DNA of 64,000 nt from Heterodontus francisci. Its lineage: Eukaryota. This document shows, one piece after another, positions 49,351 through 63,800 of this stretch. Under the pieces are notes generated by a model. The model worked only from the letters and a program-made list of their open reading frames with translations. It did no database searches and was not told the origin of the DNA. Numbering within the stretch: the first letter of the stretch is position 1; each line of letters starts with the position of its first letter. The stretch covers positions 62,001-126,000 of the forward strand of contig NW_027141721.1 in the NCBI RefSeq assembly GCF_036365525.1, given 5' to 3'. Both the position numbers and the translations under genes were made by a program.

Positions 49351-52300
49351 CTGACAAGATTCTTCACACAGGATGGCAGATCAATGGGGAGAGAACGATA
49401 GAGGGTTACAGGGAGGGACAGAGGCAAAAGCAGAAGAAAGGGATTAAGAAGGAGACAAAATAATTTCCTCCAGTCACGCTGCTGCCTTCACACTTATATT
49501 TGCTCGACAGGTTAAGCCCAATTATAAATCAGATTTATTACATTGATAAAACTATAAATGCGCCAAACTCGGAAGGATGAACACAAACCAGCTCAGTCTG
49601 CATCTGAGAAAGAGGAAAATTGGTAATGTTTAAGGATGATACTCTGTTAAAAGAATCCTAACTGCTGTTCAGATCAAGGAACAGTAAATTATTTCAGTTT
49701 GGTTGACGAGCTGATGATGTATAACAATGCATAAAGTAACTATTACGAACATTAATTTCATCAACAATGGTACCAAATGGGGATAGTGGTGTTTCCTGTC
49801 TTAAAGGTGGAAAGCAGAAATATGGAAAGGCAAGGAATCATGACCAGTATCTCCGAATAACACTTCAGTATCTTCTGTCAGCAGATCTCTAACTAGTTTG
49901 CTTTAGTTTAGAGAAACAGCACTGAAACAGGCCCTTCTGCCCACCGAGTCTGTGCCGACCATCAACAACCCATTTATACGAATCCGATACTAATTCCATA
50001 TTGCTACCACATTCCCACCTGTCCCTATATTCCCCTACCACCTACCTATACAAGGGGCAAATATATAATGGCCAATTAACCTATCAACCAGCAAGTCTTT
50101 GGCATGTGGGAGGAAACCGGAGCACCCGGAGGAAACCCACGCAGACACAGGGAGAACTTGCAAACTCCACACAGGCAGTACCCAGAATTGAACCCGGGTC
50201 GCTGGAGCTGTGAGGCTGGATCTGTGAGATTATTTTCAGAGGAGGAGGCTCGTTATAAGCAATGTGATCAAACCGCCCCGCTACTGTGGAAACTGCAGAC
50301 AGGTCGAATAACCACTGTCGCTGGCATTGTATTCCATACAGAGCACCCTCTGGCCACATCATACCAACAAAATCTTAGAGGGCAACAGAGCTGGACAGGC
50401 AGAGGCCATCCCAGGGAAACCCACATAGGGAGAGATAAAGAACGAGTGAGAGAGAGAGGACAGCTGAGAGGGAGCAAGGGAGAGGTAGAGTGAGGCAAAG
50501 ACAGAGAGAGAGGAACAGACTGATCAACAAAGCCACTGAGAGATGGAATGATTCAGGGAAAATTAGTTCGAAAGAGAGAGAGAGAGATTGAGAGAACGAG
50601 TGACAGATAGAGAGAATGAGGCAATAGGAGGTGTAGAGACAGACAGGGAGAGACAGAGACAGAGCGACACAGAGGCAGAAAATGAGAGGAGATTGTAAGA
50701 ATTAATGAGAGAGAGAGAGAGAATAAGAGTGAGTGTGTGTGAGAGAGAAATGGAGACAGACAGCAAGAGTAAGCAAGGAAATGAGAGGCGGGAAAGAGAG
50801 GGGAAGGAAAGAAGAGAGTGAGATAAAGAGAGAGAATGAGATTGGGTGCGTGTGTGAGAGACAGAAAGAGCAACAGAGCAGAGAGGAAATGAGAGAAGGA
50901 AGGAGAGACAGTGATAAAGAGAGAGAATGAGAATGTGTGAGAGAGGAAAGATAACAAGAGCAACAGAGAGAGAGAAACAGACATGAAGAGAGAGAGCCAA
51001 GAAACAATTTTACTGAACAATGTTAACCTTTTTAAAAAATCAATATTGGTGAAGTCTGCTGTTCCCCTGGAGGAGAAACCCCCCCCCCAAAATACAAAAA
51101 CAACGGCAGCAGAATAAAAATACGAACAAATTGAACAATAACTTCAACAGGAGGAAAGAAAAACAACAATAAATTCAATAACAACCTCAACAAGAAAGAC
51201 ACAAACAAATTCAACAACAACCTCAACAGGAAATAGCACAAATAAATACAACAACTTAAAGAGGAAAAAGCACCAACAAATTCAACAACAACTTCAACAG
51301 GAAAAGCACCAACAAGTTCAACAACAAATTCAAATGGGAAAATACCAACAAATTCAACAACAACTTTAACAGGAGAAAAACACCTCCAAGTTCAACAACA
51401 AACTCAACAGGAAAAACGCCAACAAATTCAACAACAACCTCAACAGGAAAAACAGCAACAAAGTCAACAACTTCAGCGGGAGAAAACACCAACAAAGTCA
51501 ACAACAACTTCAGCAGGAGAAAAACAGCAAATTCAACAGAAACTTCAGCAGGAGAAAAACACCAAAAAATTCAACAACAACTTCAGCAGGATCTGCACGT
51601 TGTCTGTTCATGGGATCTTGCCTTTTAGAAAGTGGCTGTCACTGTTTCTACATTACAGCAGTGGCCGTACTTCGAAACAGTAGCAAAGAATATGGGAATA
51701 GCAAAACATGCGAGATCTTGGGCTTCATAAATAGAGCCATTGAGTGCAAAAACTGGGAAGTTATGCTGAACATTTATAAAGCTCTGGTTAGGCCACAACT
51801 GCAAAATTGCATCCAGTTCTGGTCACCACACTTTAGGAAGGAGGTGAGGTTCCTTGAGAGGGTGCAGAGGAGATTTACCAGAATGGTTCCAGGAATGGAG
51901 GATTTTAGTTACAAGGTTCGGTTGGAGAAGCTGGGGTTGTTCTCCCTGGAGAAACTGAGATTGCGTGGAGACCTGGTAGAGGTGTACAAGATTGTGACAG
52001 GTTTAGATAAAGATTACAAAGAAAAGCTGCTCCTCACCCAGGAGTCAGTCCCCAGCTCCACTGACTAGTCCCACAGTGTTGGTGTTCCTGCTCTTCGCTC
52101 CAGCTGCAAGGAATTTACAGCCCGACACGTCCTTGCCGACCTTTTTGGTCCACACGAACGTCGTTCCACGCCCTCTTCATCTCGCCCCCAGCCACATCTC
52201 CTTCTGTTCCTCTCTCCCTCATGTCCTATCCAACTGCCCCCCTCCCCCCCAGCTTAAATACATCTTCCCTATTCCTTTCATCCTGTGGTACTGAGTTCCA

Positions 52301-52683
52301 CATTCTCCCCACTCTCTGGGTGAAGATGTTTCTCTCAAATTTCCAATTGGATGTTTTGGTGACTGTATTATATTGACGCACCTGCCCCGTTTTTACTGGT
52401 CTCACCCGCAAATGCAAACATTTTTCTCTACATTTATCTGATCAAGACCCCTTTCATAATCTTAAATAGCTCGATCAGGTCACTCCTCAGCCTTCTCTTT
52501 TCTAGAGAAAAGAGCCCCAGTCTGTTCAGTCTTTTCCTGATCATTATGACCTCTCACTTCTCGTATCATCCCTGAACATCTTTCTGTGTCTTCTTCATGT
52601 CGAAGACATGTTCACACTGCAGTAGGTAAACCCAACAGGATACAGAGCTGCAGGCTTTTATCTGAAACAGGTGTTTCTGTTGG

Positions 52684-52912
52684 TGTTTTTGTTGAACTGC
52701 TCCATCTCTCTGAGCCACTGTGCAGACTCCAGGCACAGCAATGCATGGCCGAGTGATTCTCCCACAGGCTGGAGGACTCCAGGTTGAACTGGGCGTCAGT
52801 CGGTCACTTGGCGCTGAAACCCCCCACCGTCCCCTCTGAAATCACACTTGGTACAGCTGGGGAGTAAAACATTATTTTGAAATAAGACCATGAGACTCAG
52901 TAACAGATGCAT
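52684..52912 (-). pseudogene. TRBV: TRBV family B copy 8 pseudogene: leader fused to the 3' half of the V exon
   Basis: ~300-bp deletion relative to B7 (47664-47965); in-frame TGA; RSS at 52722-52684 intact. Confidence 0.85.
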
Positions 52913-53374
52913 CTTCCACTGGAAGCTTATCCTGCAATTGGAAAATCAGTGGAAAGAAGAGAGTTGAGTCTTGTGAGAAGCCACATGAAGATTCAAGCAA
53001 GTGATTCAGGTTTGCACAACACCCCCCTCCCTGATGGGAAACCCACGCCCCTCTCTCTCCCATTGGCTGCCAGTAGTTGTTGTTGCATTTGTTGGTATAA
53101 TTTTGAAGTTGTTGTTGTATTTGCTGGTGTTTTTCTCCAACTGAGGTTGTTGAACTTGTTGGTGTTTGAATCTCCTGCTGATCTGTTGTTGAATTTGTTG
53201 GCGCTGTTCTCCTGATGAGGTAGTTGTTGTTTTTGTTGGTGTTTTCCCTGCTGAGGTTTTTGTTGTACTTCTTGTTTCCTTCCCTGCTTAAGTTGTTGAA
53301 TTTTTTTTACGTTGAGGTTGTTGTTTTATTTTGGAGTTTTTCCCCTGCTGAGGTTATTTTCTGTTTTTTAACTC

Positions 53375-54470
53375 ATTCATGGGATTTTGGGCGATGCTGG
53401 TTGAGGCCAACAATTATTGTCCATCCCTAATTGCCCCTTGAGAAGGTTTTGGTGAGCTGCCTTCTTGAACCGCTGCAGTCCATGTTGGGTGGGTACACCC
53501 ACAGTGCTGTTAGGAAGGGAGTTCCAGGAATTTGACCCACAGTTAGTGAAGGAACGGCCGATATAGTTCCAAGTCAGGATGGTGTGTGACTTGGAGGGGA
53601 ACCTGCAAGTGGTGGTGTTCCCATGCATCTGCTGCCCTTGTCCTTCGAGGTGGTAGAGGTTGCGGGTTTGGAAGGTGTTGACGGAGGGAGCCTTGGTTCA
53701 TTGCTGCATTGCATCTTGTAGATGGTACACACTGCTGACACTGAGCATCAGTGGTGGAGGGAGTGAATGTTTGTAGATGGGGTGAAAATCAAGCGGGCTG
53801 CTTTGTCCTGGATGGTGTCGAGCTTCTTGAGTGTTGTTGGAGCTGCACCCATCCAGGCAAATGGACAGTATTCCATCACACTCCTGACTTGTGCCTTGTA
53901 GATGGGTAACAGGCTTTGGGGAGTCAGGAGGTGAGTTACTCGCCGCAGGATTCCTAGCCTCTGACCTGCTCTTGTAGCCACAGTATTTATACGGCTACTC
54001 CAGTTCAGATTCTGTTCAATGGCAATACCCAGGATGTTGATAGTGGGAGATTCAGCGATGGTAATGCCATTGAATGTCAAAGGGAGCTGGTTATATTCTC
54101 TCTTGTTGTAGATGGTCAATGCCTGGCACTTGTGTGGCGCGAATGTTACTTGCCACTTTTCAGCCCAAGCCTGGATGTTGTCCAGGTCTTGCTACATCTG
54201 AACACGGGCTGCTTCAGAATCTTAGCTGTTGCGAATGATGCTGACCATTGTGAAATCATCAGTGAACATCCCCACTCTGACCTTATGATTGAAGGGAATT
54301 TCATTTATGAAGCAGTTGGAGATGGTGGAACAGGACGTACTCGGGGATGGCGATAGCGAGCTCTGTGACATTGTCTGTAAGGCATGATTCCCTGAGTATG
54401 ACTATGTCAGGTTGTTGCTTGACAGCTCTCCCAACCTTGACACAAGGCCCGAAATGTTGGGAAGGAGGAC
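53375..54470 (-). mobile_element. LINE fragment ('b' copy)
   Basis: AGQRLGILRRVTHLL..IYKAQVRSVMEYCPFAW. Confidence 0.8.
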
Positions 54471-57278
54471 CGTGCAGATTCAACATGTTGTTGCATCTGC
54501 TGCTGTTTTTCACCTGCTGAAGTTGTCTTTGTTGCTTTTCTCCTCCTGACGCACTTCTTGAATTCTGTTGGTGTTTTTTTCTCCTCCTGACATTGGTTGG
54601 TGAGCTTTTTTTTGCCAACGTTGCTTCTGAATTTGTTGGTGTTTTCCCTCGCTGAGGCTGTTGTTGAATTTGTTGATGCTTTTCGTGCTGAGGTTTTTGT
54701 TGTGTTTGTTGTATTGCCCGGAGGAGGTTACAGAGATAGGGAGGGTTGTAGGGCTGGAGGAGGTTACAGTGATAGGGAGTATTGTAGGGACTGGAGGAAG
54801 TTACAGAGATAGGGAGGGTTGCAGGGGCTGGAGGAGGTTACAGAGACAGGGATAATTGTCACTGTTCATCGAGTGTACTCAGTGTTAACCCCAGTATCAT
54901 TCTGGTGAATCTCAGCTGTATCTGGTCTCAGGCAAACAGCTGCTTGTTGAGGAAGGTGCCCAGACTGTGTGCAATATTCCAAATGTAGTCTAACCAGAGC
55001 CTCCTACAACTGTGGCATTACCTCCAAACCCTTTGCATTGTAGCTTCTTCCATTAATCACACGTTCCACAATGCATGACTGGATGCACGCATACACCACA
55101 CACACACTCCCAACCCTCTCTCTCTCCCACCCCCTTTCTCTCCTCAGTTTGTTTGACTATGTTGTTAGTTGTGCATCTTTGTCCTTCAGCTGATCTTATC
55201 TGTGCCTCTGATATGAAGAGTCTATTGTTCTCAGTCCTTGACAAACACAACAGCTTCCTGCTTTGCAAAAGTTGACATTTTCCTAGTTGACACACGGCAC
55301 AACATTCAAATCTGTTAGTCCCAGGGAATGCAAATATCAAAGCCGGCTCAGAAGAGCTAATGGACCCATTGTGGGACTGAATGAATATCTGACAATCTGG
55401 CATGGACACAGGGGCACTGACAGAATCAGCAATCCAGTGAGAATGGAAACTGTGGAAACTATCAGGGACGAGGAGTTGGACATGGGCTGGTTGGAACTGA
55501 GATGCACATTCAGACACCCCTTTTCACAGGCAGTGTCACATTGAGTAACAATGTGCTGCAAGGTGATTGTGATTACTGAGGGGACAGTGACATTGTGATT
55601 CTGTCACAGGAATATTATCTAGAACCCTGGACTGACTGCACTGCCCAATGTGCTAATGATCTAACAGAGAAATGTGGGAACAGACGAATCCCACACCATC
55701 AGAAACAAATCCTAGAATAGTACAACAGAGGGAGGCCATTCGGGCCATCGAGGGGTTGTCATCTCTTTCGAAAATCAACCCAGTTAATCCAACTCCCCTC
55801 TCTTTCACCATTTCCCTCAATTAATTCCCCTTCAAGTATTGAGCCAATTCCCTTTTTGAATAATACCATTGAATTTCCACCACCCTATCAGACATTGCCC
55901 TCCAAATCCAAACCACTCATGATATTAAAAAACATTTATCCTCATGTCACCTCTGGTACCTTTGCCCATCACATTAAAGCTGTGCCCTCTGGTGATCTAT
56001 CGAATCTCCCCTTAACCTTCTCTGCTCTAAGGAGAACGTCCCTTTCTAACCCAGTCTTTTTATTTGACTGAAATTCCTCACCAACTGAACCATCCGAGAA
56101 AATCTCTTCTGCACCCTCTCCAAAGCCTACAGGTGTTTCCTAAAGTGTGGTGCCCAGAATTGTTCCAACAGGGACCGAACTGGTGTTTTATACAGGTTTG
56201 GCATGACTCCCGGAGTTTTGTACTCGACCTCTCTATTTACAAAGCCCAGACTGTAATATGATTTATTAATCGCTTTCTCAACCTACCCTGTCACCTTTAA
56301 ATATTCCTGCACAAGCACCCCCAGGTCTCTCTGTTCTTGCACCACTTCACAAATTGTATTGTTTCATCTCTCCTCATTCTCGCAGTCAAAATCAAACATA
56401 TCAAAGACTAATCCCACCCATATCTGGGACAAATTACCTGCTTATTATTATTCAGTCAGTCATGGACAATGGTCTGCCAGTAACTCTATAAAGTTTACAT
56501 ACAACACTTTTCCTTCCATAAAACAACATCCTGGGTGGTTCTTGTATTGAAGTTTATACCGAAAGCCCACTGCTATCCCAATGTTAGCAGTTGAGGAGCA
56601 GTCAGTGACTGAGACATTAACATCTAGTCAGGGACCCCTCACAATATCCCATGTCCTGAATACTCAAACACTCTCTCACTGAGAAATTTATGTCCTCCTC
56701 ATTCTGGTTTGTATGTGTTACGAACGCTGTATCTGTGCTATTTCGGAGATGGTATCTCTGTCGCTGATGTGAGGATTTCATTGTTCTCATTCTGTGACTA
56801 TATTCTGAAAAACACAATCATTTACTTTAACCCCAACGACCTCAAGGAGGAAAATGGATGTCTGATCATTTGTCTCTCTGGAACATCTTGTTTCTCTCCC
56901 CCCTCTCATCATCCCCCCAATACTGACCCACTACTGACAAGAGAGGCATGTCTCCTGTGAATATTCTCTCCCTAATACTTAGTGCCTATGAAAGATCAAA
57001 TATACACAGCCAACTGGCAAATACTAACTTTAATATTCAGAGTCCCAGCCCCAGGCTCCAATCTCCCAACACCCTCCCTGTTGGGTAACTGAAGACAAGT
57101 TATGTTGCAACAGCAAAGCCCCGTGGGTTAGCATGGGCCCAGGAGAAATATTAATGTGGTTTATTAAGGCAGATAGTTTCACCAAAAGGCCTTCGTTTGC
57201 ATAGATTATGTCATATTATTCATCATTACTAAATGTAAATATTTCAGCCAACCAGCACTGCAGTCAATCCGCAGTGGT

Positions 57279-57409
57279 GTATATAGGGGTTGGAGCTGTC
57301 ACTGAGACTGACACTGTTCACAGCATAGTGGACCCGAGACTGAGGAGCAAGCAGCTGGAACTGAACCGACAACATCTCCCACCCAGCGACATCTACTTTG
57401 GAGACTTTG
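57279..57409 (+). promoter_or_regulatory. Putative TATA box and non-coding first exon of the D10C gene
   Basis: GTATATAG at ~57279; strong donor TTTG|GTAAGC at 57409/57410. Confidence 0.4.
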
Positions 57410-57874
57410 GTAAGCAGTCGGGTGTGGGAGGACTGTTAGAAAAAGCAAAGGAGTTTGTCACTTGCTAGGTGTTGACCCAGGGGGTGTGTGTCCAGCTTCT
57501 CCTGAAACAACACCATCTTCATGAATAACCTTTGTCAGAAATTCAAAGAGGTTTGTTTCAGGGATGCAGGAGACAGACCTGGAGGAGAGAGTCGGGAACA
57601 CATGTGGTTTATTCATAAAAGCTTTGGAGAGTGGAAAGGGTGAAGGATTGGAGTCAAGTTCCTGATGTTTAACAAGAACATGTAGCTGAGCTCACCTCTG
57701 TCTGTAAGAGCCCCAGTGAGAGAGAGATAATTAGATGGAGCTCACCTCTCTAAAACAGATATACTGACGAACTCCTCGGCAACTCCCTATTTAATATTCC
57801 CTCCAATTTCCCGACTCGGTAATCTCTCTCAAATGTTTGTCTTGTGTTTCCCTTTCCAGAATCTCACCAGTAAG

Positions 57875-60800
57875 ATGTGGACTCTGCTGATCATTCTGGG
57901 TTACCTGAGTGAGTAACTTTCATTCTCGACAAAGTTCACCCCCAGTACAACTAGAACAAGCTGTGTTTATGCATACCGTTACATAGAATAATCTCCCAAG
58001 ATGTTGCACAGAAATCTGATTGAAGAAATGTCTGACACACGGCAGGGAAGGAGATGATTGGAGGGCTGACTGTTAGTTTAAAAGAGCAGACGGAGGTGGA
58101 GAGGCAGAAAGGTTTAGGAGGCTAGACATCTTGAAGCCACATCAGACACTGCTGGAGGAAAGGGAGTGGAGGGAATTTATACAGGAGGCTTGGGTCAGAG
58201 AAACAGAGAGTTGGTGAAGATTACAGAAATGTGGTGGGAGAGGGCGGGAGAGGTCATGAAAGAATTTGAACAGGAAGATGGAAGTTGTACATCAAAGGCG
58301 TTTGCAGCTGTGAACCAATGTGGGTCAGAGAGCACAGGGGTGATGTGTGACTTAAACTTTCTGCAAGATAACATACAACAGCAGTGTGTTGGAGGAGACC
58401 TGACTTCTGGAAAGTGGAAGCTGGGAGGCTGGCCAGGAGAGGATTAGAACATTTGATTCTCTAGAAGGTAGAGGGTTTTTGGTAGAGGATTGGCTGAGGC
58501 AAAATCTGTGATGGTGGATATTACGGAGGTTGTAATTGGATGCCCTTGTGATGAGGAGGCTACAGGGAAGGAAGCTGGGCACAGTCAGAAGCTGATGAGA
58601 AATTGGAGAGGGACAAGATAGATTCTCGGGGTACGCTAGAGGTAACAGTGCTGGAGTGTGTAGGGAAGACACTGCAGGAGATTCTCTGGCTGAGACTAGA
58701 CTGGGTTGAGTGGAAATAGGCCAGAGCAGTTCCACCCAGCTGGACATGGAAGGAGAGGTGTTGGCGATGGATAGTGTGGTGAATTGTGTCAAAGGCTGCC
58801 GACAATTCGAGAAGGATGATCACAAACAGTATTCCTGACTTGGCTCTTGCAGCTTCTCTGCTGCTCAAACCCTTTAGCAGTACTTTGGTACCTCTAGACT
58901 TGACTATTCCAAAGATTTCCTGGCTGATCTCTCACATTCCACCTTCTGTACATTTTGGTCATCCAGTATGATACTGCCCAAGTCCCGTTCACCTTTCATC
59001 TCCGTGCTCACTGACCTACACTGGCTCCCGTTTCAGCAAGGCCTGGATTTCAATATTCTCACAATCGTTTCCAGATCCTTCTATCACCTCGCCGTTCCCT
59101 ACCACTGAAATCATCTCCAGCCCCACAACCCTCGGAGATCTCTGCGCTCCTCTAATTCAGGCCTCTTGAGTATTCCCGATTCGAATCCCTTCCACCATTG
59201 GCAGCTGTGCCTTCACCTGCCGAGGCTTAACGCTATGGAATTCTCTCCCTCAACTTCTCCGTCTCTCCACCTCTCTTTCCGCCTTTCAGACACTCCTTAA
59301 AACCTACCTATTTGACATAGCATTTGGCCACCTGCCCGACCAGCTGCTTCTGTGGATCGGTGTCAGTTCGGGATGGTAACACACCGATGAAGTGCTTTGG
59401 GACATTTTATTACATCAAAGGCAGTACATAAACGCAGGTTGTTGTTGGTTTTGAGACGACACGTTCCCTCTGCAGGACCCACCAGTCACACTGGGTCGCT
59501 TGTGCTCCACCTGGCAGCTCTCGCTCCTCCTCCACTTTACATCTTTCCTACTGGGATGAAGTGAAGCTGAGATATTTACTGCTTTCTGTTACCTGAGAGC
59601 TGGTGGTTAATCTAGAATAGGGAGGACTGTCTGTGAGCAGTGAGTTAGAGGGGGAGGCTGAGCTGGGAGACAGATGGAAACCCAGTTTAGAGAAGGAGGA
59701 CATTTTCCAGCTTCAATCTGGGGGGTTTTGACCAGGGCAGAGGGTGAAACTGAGATTATTGGTATTTTGGGAGGGTACAAGGCGCTGTTTAACATTAACT
59801 GTACTTTATATTAACATTAAACATCTTTCTGTCACTCAGTCACAGACTCCACACTCACTGACCCGTGTGTAAATCACACAGTCCTGGACCAGCCCTGGAG
59901 GAGCATCGATTGTGATGTCACTGTGGGCTCCGGTCAGGAGAAGTGTGATGATAATCTTGCTCAAGGATGGTACAGATTTAAAAGGTAATATAAAGGAACA
60001 AATTCTGGGTAAATCAGTTAATGAGGGAGGAGTAATGGATTTCCCCCAGTTTCTGGCACTATCTGTTGTTACCAGTCTCTCTAACAGTTAATATTTACCA
60101 TCAGTTCAGGGACTGACTCTGTGATTAACTGTTTCAGTTCTGGTGGATGGAAGATTCCGGACACTGTTGTCCCAGATTTTCACTGCTCCACACGTGCCAC
60201 AGGCTGGTTACAGGGTAATTTCCGTCTTAAAAATATCAGATTTACATTCACTGTCCAGCACTGTTCACGTGGGTTACCTTCTTCAATATTTATAAACTCT
60301 CATTTCAGGTTCCCATCCCAGTGTGGGAAATGGGGAAGTAACGAGGACAGTTTGTTTTAACAAGGCTGGAAATCGCTGTCACTGGACCCAGGAAATAAAG
60401 ATCATAAACTGCAGCAGTTATTTTGTTTATGAGTTGAAGCCTCCACCTGACTGTGAAGCTGTTTATTGTACAGGTAGATTGCTGTTTGTATATGGTGCAG
60501 ATGGGTGATTCTGGGATGTCCCGTGTCACCCATGGGAATGAGACAGTTTACTCACTGCCCTCCTTTTTGTAAGGGACACAGTGAATAAAGGATCTGTAAA
60601 ACAGAGTGAACTCTTCACTAAAACTCTAGGGAACTGAAGCAGACGCTCGCTGTCTGGAGAGAGGGCTGGCATGTCTGGGTAGTATTCTGTCAGGTCTGCA
60701 ATTGAGGAGATTCATGTTTTCTGGTGAGTGTCAGACACAGCAGCAGGATCCTGACAGACTCTATGTGAAGGGCAGTCACTCTCACCTCACCTCTTGAGTT

Positions 60801-63800
60801 CAGCTCTTTTGTCCATGTTTGAACCACACTGTAATGAGGTCAGGAGCTGAGTGACCCCGGCGGAACCCAAACTGACCATCACTGAACAGGTAATAGCTGA
60901 GCAAGTGCCGCTTGATAGCACTGTCAACGACACCTTCCATCATTTTACTGATGATAGAGAGTAGACTGATGGGACGGTAATTGGGTGGCTTGAACTTGCC
61001 CTGCTTTGACTTGTCCTGCTTTTTATGCACAGGACATGCCTGGGCAGTTTTCCACATTGCAGGGTAGATGCCAGTGTTGTAGCTGTACTGGAACAGCTTG
61101 GCTAAGGATGCAACAAGTTCTGGAGCACAGGTCTTCAGTTCTACTTCCGGGATATTGTCAGGGCCCATAGCCTTTGCAGTATCCAGTGCCTTCAGTCATT
61201 TCTTGATATCAAGCGGAGTGAATCGAATTGGCCGAAGACTGACATCTGTGATGCTGGGGATTGCAGGAGAAGGCCGAGATGGATCATCAACTCAGCACTT
61301 CTGGCTGAAGATTTTTGCAACTGCTTCAGCCTTATCTTTTGCACTGATGTGCTGGGCTCCCTGATCATTGAGGATGGGGATATTTGTGGGGCCACCTCCT
61401 CCAGTTAGTTGTTTAATTGTCTACTGCCATTTACGACTGGATGTGGCAGGACAAGAAATACTGGAATCACTCAGCGGGTCTGGCAGCATCTGTGGAAAGA
61501 GAAGCAAAGTTAACGTCTCGGGTCAGCGACCCTTCTTCGGAACTCATTTGATCCGTTGGTTATGGGATCGCTTAGCTCTGTCCATCGCATGCTAATTATG
61601 CTGTTTGGCATGCAGATAGTCCTGTGTTGTAGTTTCACCAGGCTGACACCTCATTTTGAGGTATGCCTTGTGCTGCACTTTGCATGCCCTCCTGCACTCT
61701 TCATGGAACCAGGTTTGGTCTCCTGGCTTGATGGTCATGATCGAGTGGGGGATATACCGGACCATGAGGTTACAGATTGTAGTTGAGTACAATTCTGCTG
61801 CTGCTGTTGTTCCCACAGCACCTCATGGATGCCCATTGTTGTATTGCTAGACTTGTTTGAATCTATCCCATTTAGCATGGTGATAGTGCCAGACAACACG
61901 ATGGACGGTATCCTCAATGTGAAGGTGGGACTTTTGCTCCACAAGGACTGTGCGGTGGTCACTCCCACCAAGACTGTCATGGACAGATGGATATGTGGCA
62001 GGCAGATTGGTGAGGATGAAGTCAAGTATATTTTCTCCTCTTGTTGGTTCTGTCATCACCTACCGCAGTCCCAGACTAGCAGCTTTGTCTTTTAGGACAC
62101 GGCTAGCTCGGTAAGGAGTGGGCTGCAGTGACTGAGAGGAGTGGTCTGCAGAGACTGAGGGGAGTGGGATGTAGTGACTGAGCGAATGAGATGCGGTGAC
62201 TAGGTGGAGTAGGATACGGTGAATGTGGGGAGTGGGATGTAGTGACTGAGGGGAGTGGGGTGGAGTGACAGGGGAGTGGGAGGTAGTGACTAAGGGGTGT
62301 GGGATGCAGTGATTGAGCGGAGTGGGAAGTAGCGACTGAGGGGAGTGGGATGCAGAGACTGAGGGGAGTGGGATACAGTGACTGAGCGAATGAGATGCGG
62401 TGACTAGGTGGAGTAGGATACAGTGAATGTGGGGAGTGGGATGTAGTGACTGAGGGGAGTGGGATGTAGTGACTGAGGGGAGTGGGATGTAGTGACTGAG
62501 GAGAGTGGGGTGTAGTGACTGAGGAGAGTGGGGTGTAGTGACAGGGGAGTGGGAAGTAGCGACTGAGGGGAGTGGGATACAGAGACTGAGGGGAGTGGGA
62601 TACAGTGACTGACGGGAGTGGGATGTAGTGACTAAGGGGAGTGGGATGCTGTAATTGAGGGAAGTGGGATGTAGTGACTACTGAGTGTGATGTGGTAACT
62701 GAGGGGAGTAGGATGTAGAGAAGCGGGGAGTGAGGTGCAGTGACTGAAGGGAATGGTACAGAGTGATTCGGTGGAGTGGGTACAGTGACATAGAGAAGTG
62801 GGATGCAGTGATTGAGGGGAGTGGGATGCAGTAATTGAGGGGAGTGGGATGCAGCGACTAAGGGGAGAGGGATGCAGTGACTGAGGGCAGTGAGATGTAG
62901 TGACTGAGGGGAGTGGGATGTAGTGACTGTGGGGAGTGGGATGTAGCGACTGATGGGAGTGGGTGCACTGACTGAGGGGAGTGGGTGTAGTGACTGAGGG
63001 GAGTGGCATGCAGTGACTCAGGGGAGTGTGATTCAGTGACTGTGGGGATTGGGATACAGTGACTGTGGGGAGTGGGATACAGTGACTGAGGAGAGTGTGA
63101 TACGGTAACTGAGGGGAGTGTGTTCCCTTCCATTTATCATCACATCCTCCCCGGTTTCACTTGTCACTAGAACTTTTCCCAGTTCTGATGTAAGGTCACA
63201 TATTAACATTAAACATCTTTCTGTCACTCAGTCACAGACTCTGCACTCACTGACCCGTGTGTAAATCACACAGTCCTGGACCAGCCCTGGAGGAGCAGCG
63301 ATTGTGATGTCACTGGGTGCTCCGGTCAGGAGAAGTGTGATGATAATCTTGCTCAAGGATGGTACAGATTTAAAAGGTAATGTAAAGGAACAATTTCAGG
63401 GTAATCTAGTCAATATGGGCAGAGTAAGGGATTTCCCCCAGTTTCTGGTACTATCTGCTGGTACCAGTCTCTCTAACAGTTAATATTTGCCATCAGTTCA
63501 GGGACTGACTCTGTGATTTTTGTTTCAGTTCTGGTGGATGGAAGATTCCGGAGACTGCTGTCCCAGATTTTCACTGCTCCACACATGTTACAGGCTGGTT
63601 AAATGGTAATTTCAGCCTTGAGAATATCAGATTTACATTCACTGTACAGCACTGTTCACATGGGTTACAGTCTTCAATATTTATAAACTCTCATTTCAGG
63701 TTCCCATCCCAGCGTGGGACAGGGGGAAGTAACACGGACAGTTTGTTTATCCTGGGGTAGAAAACACTGCGACAAGGTCCATGAGATAAAGATCAAAAAC

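Noticed and set aside
55337-55620. MOXD2 or trypsinogen flanking gene
   Set aside because: No recognisable monooxygenase or serine-protease motifs; only a generic hydrophobic tail
62632-63227. Pro/His/Ser-rich ORFs
   Set aside because: Translations of the 23-bp G-rich minisatellite
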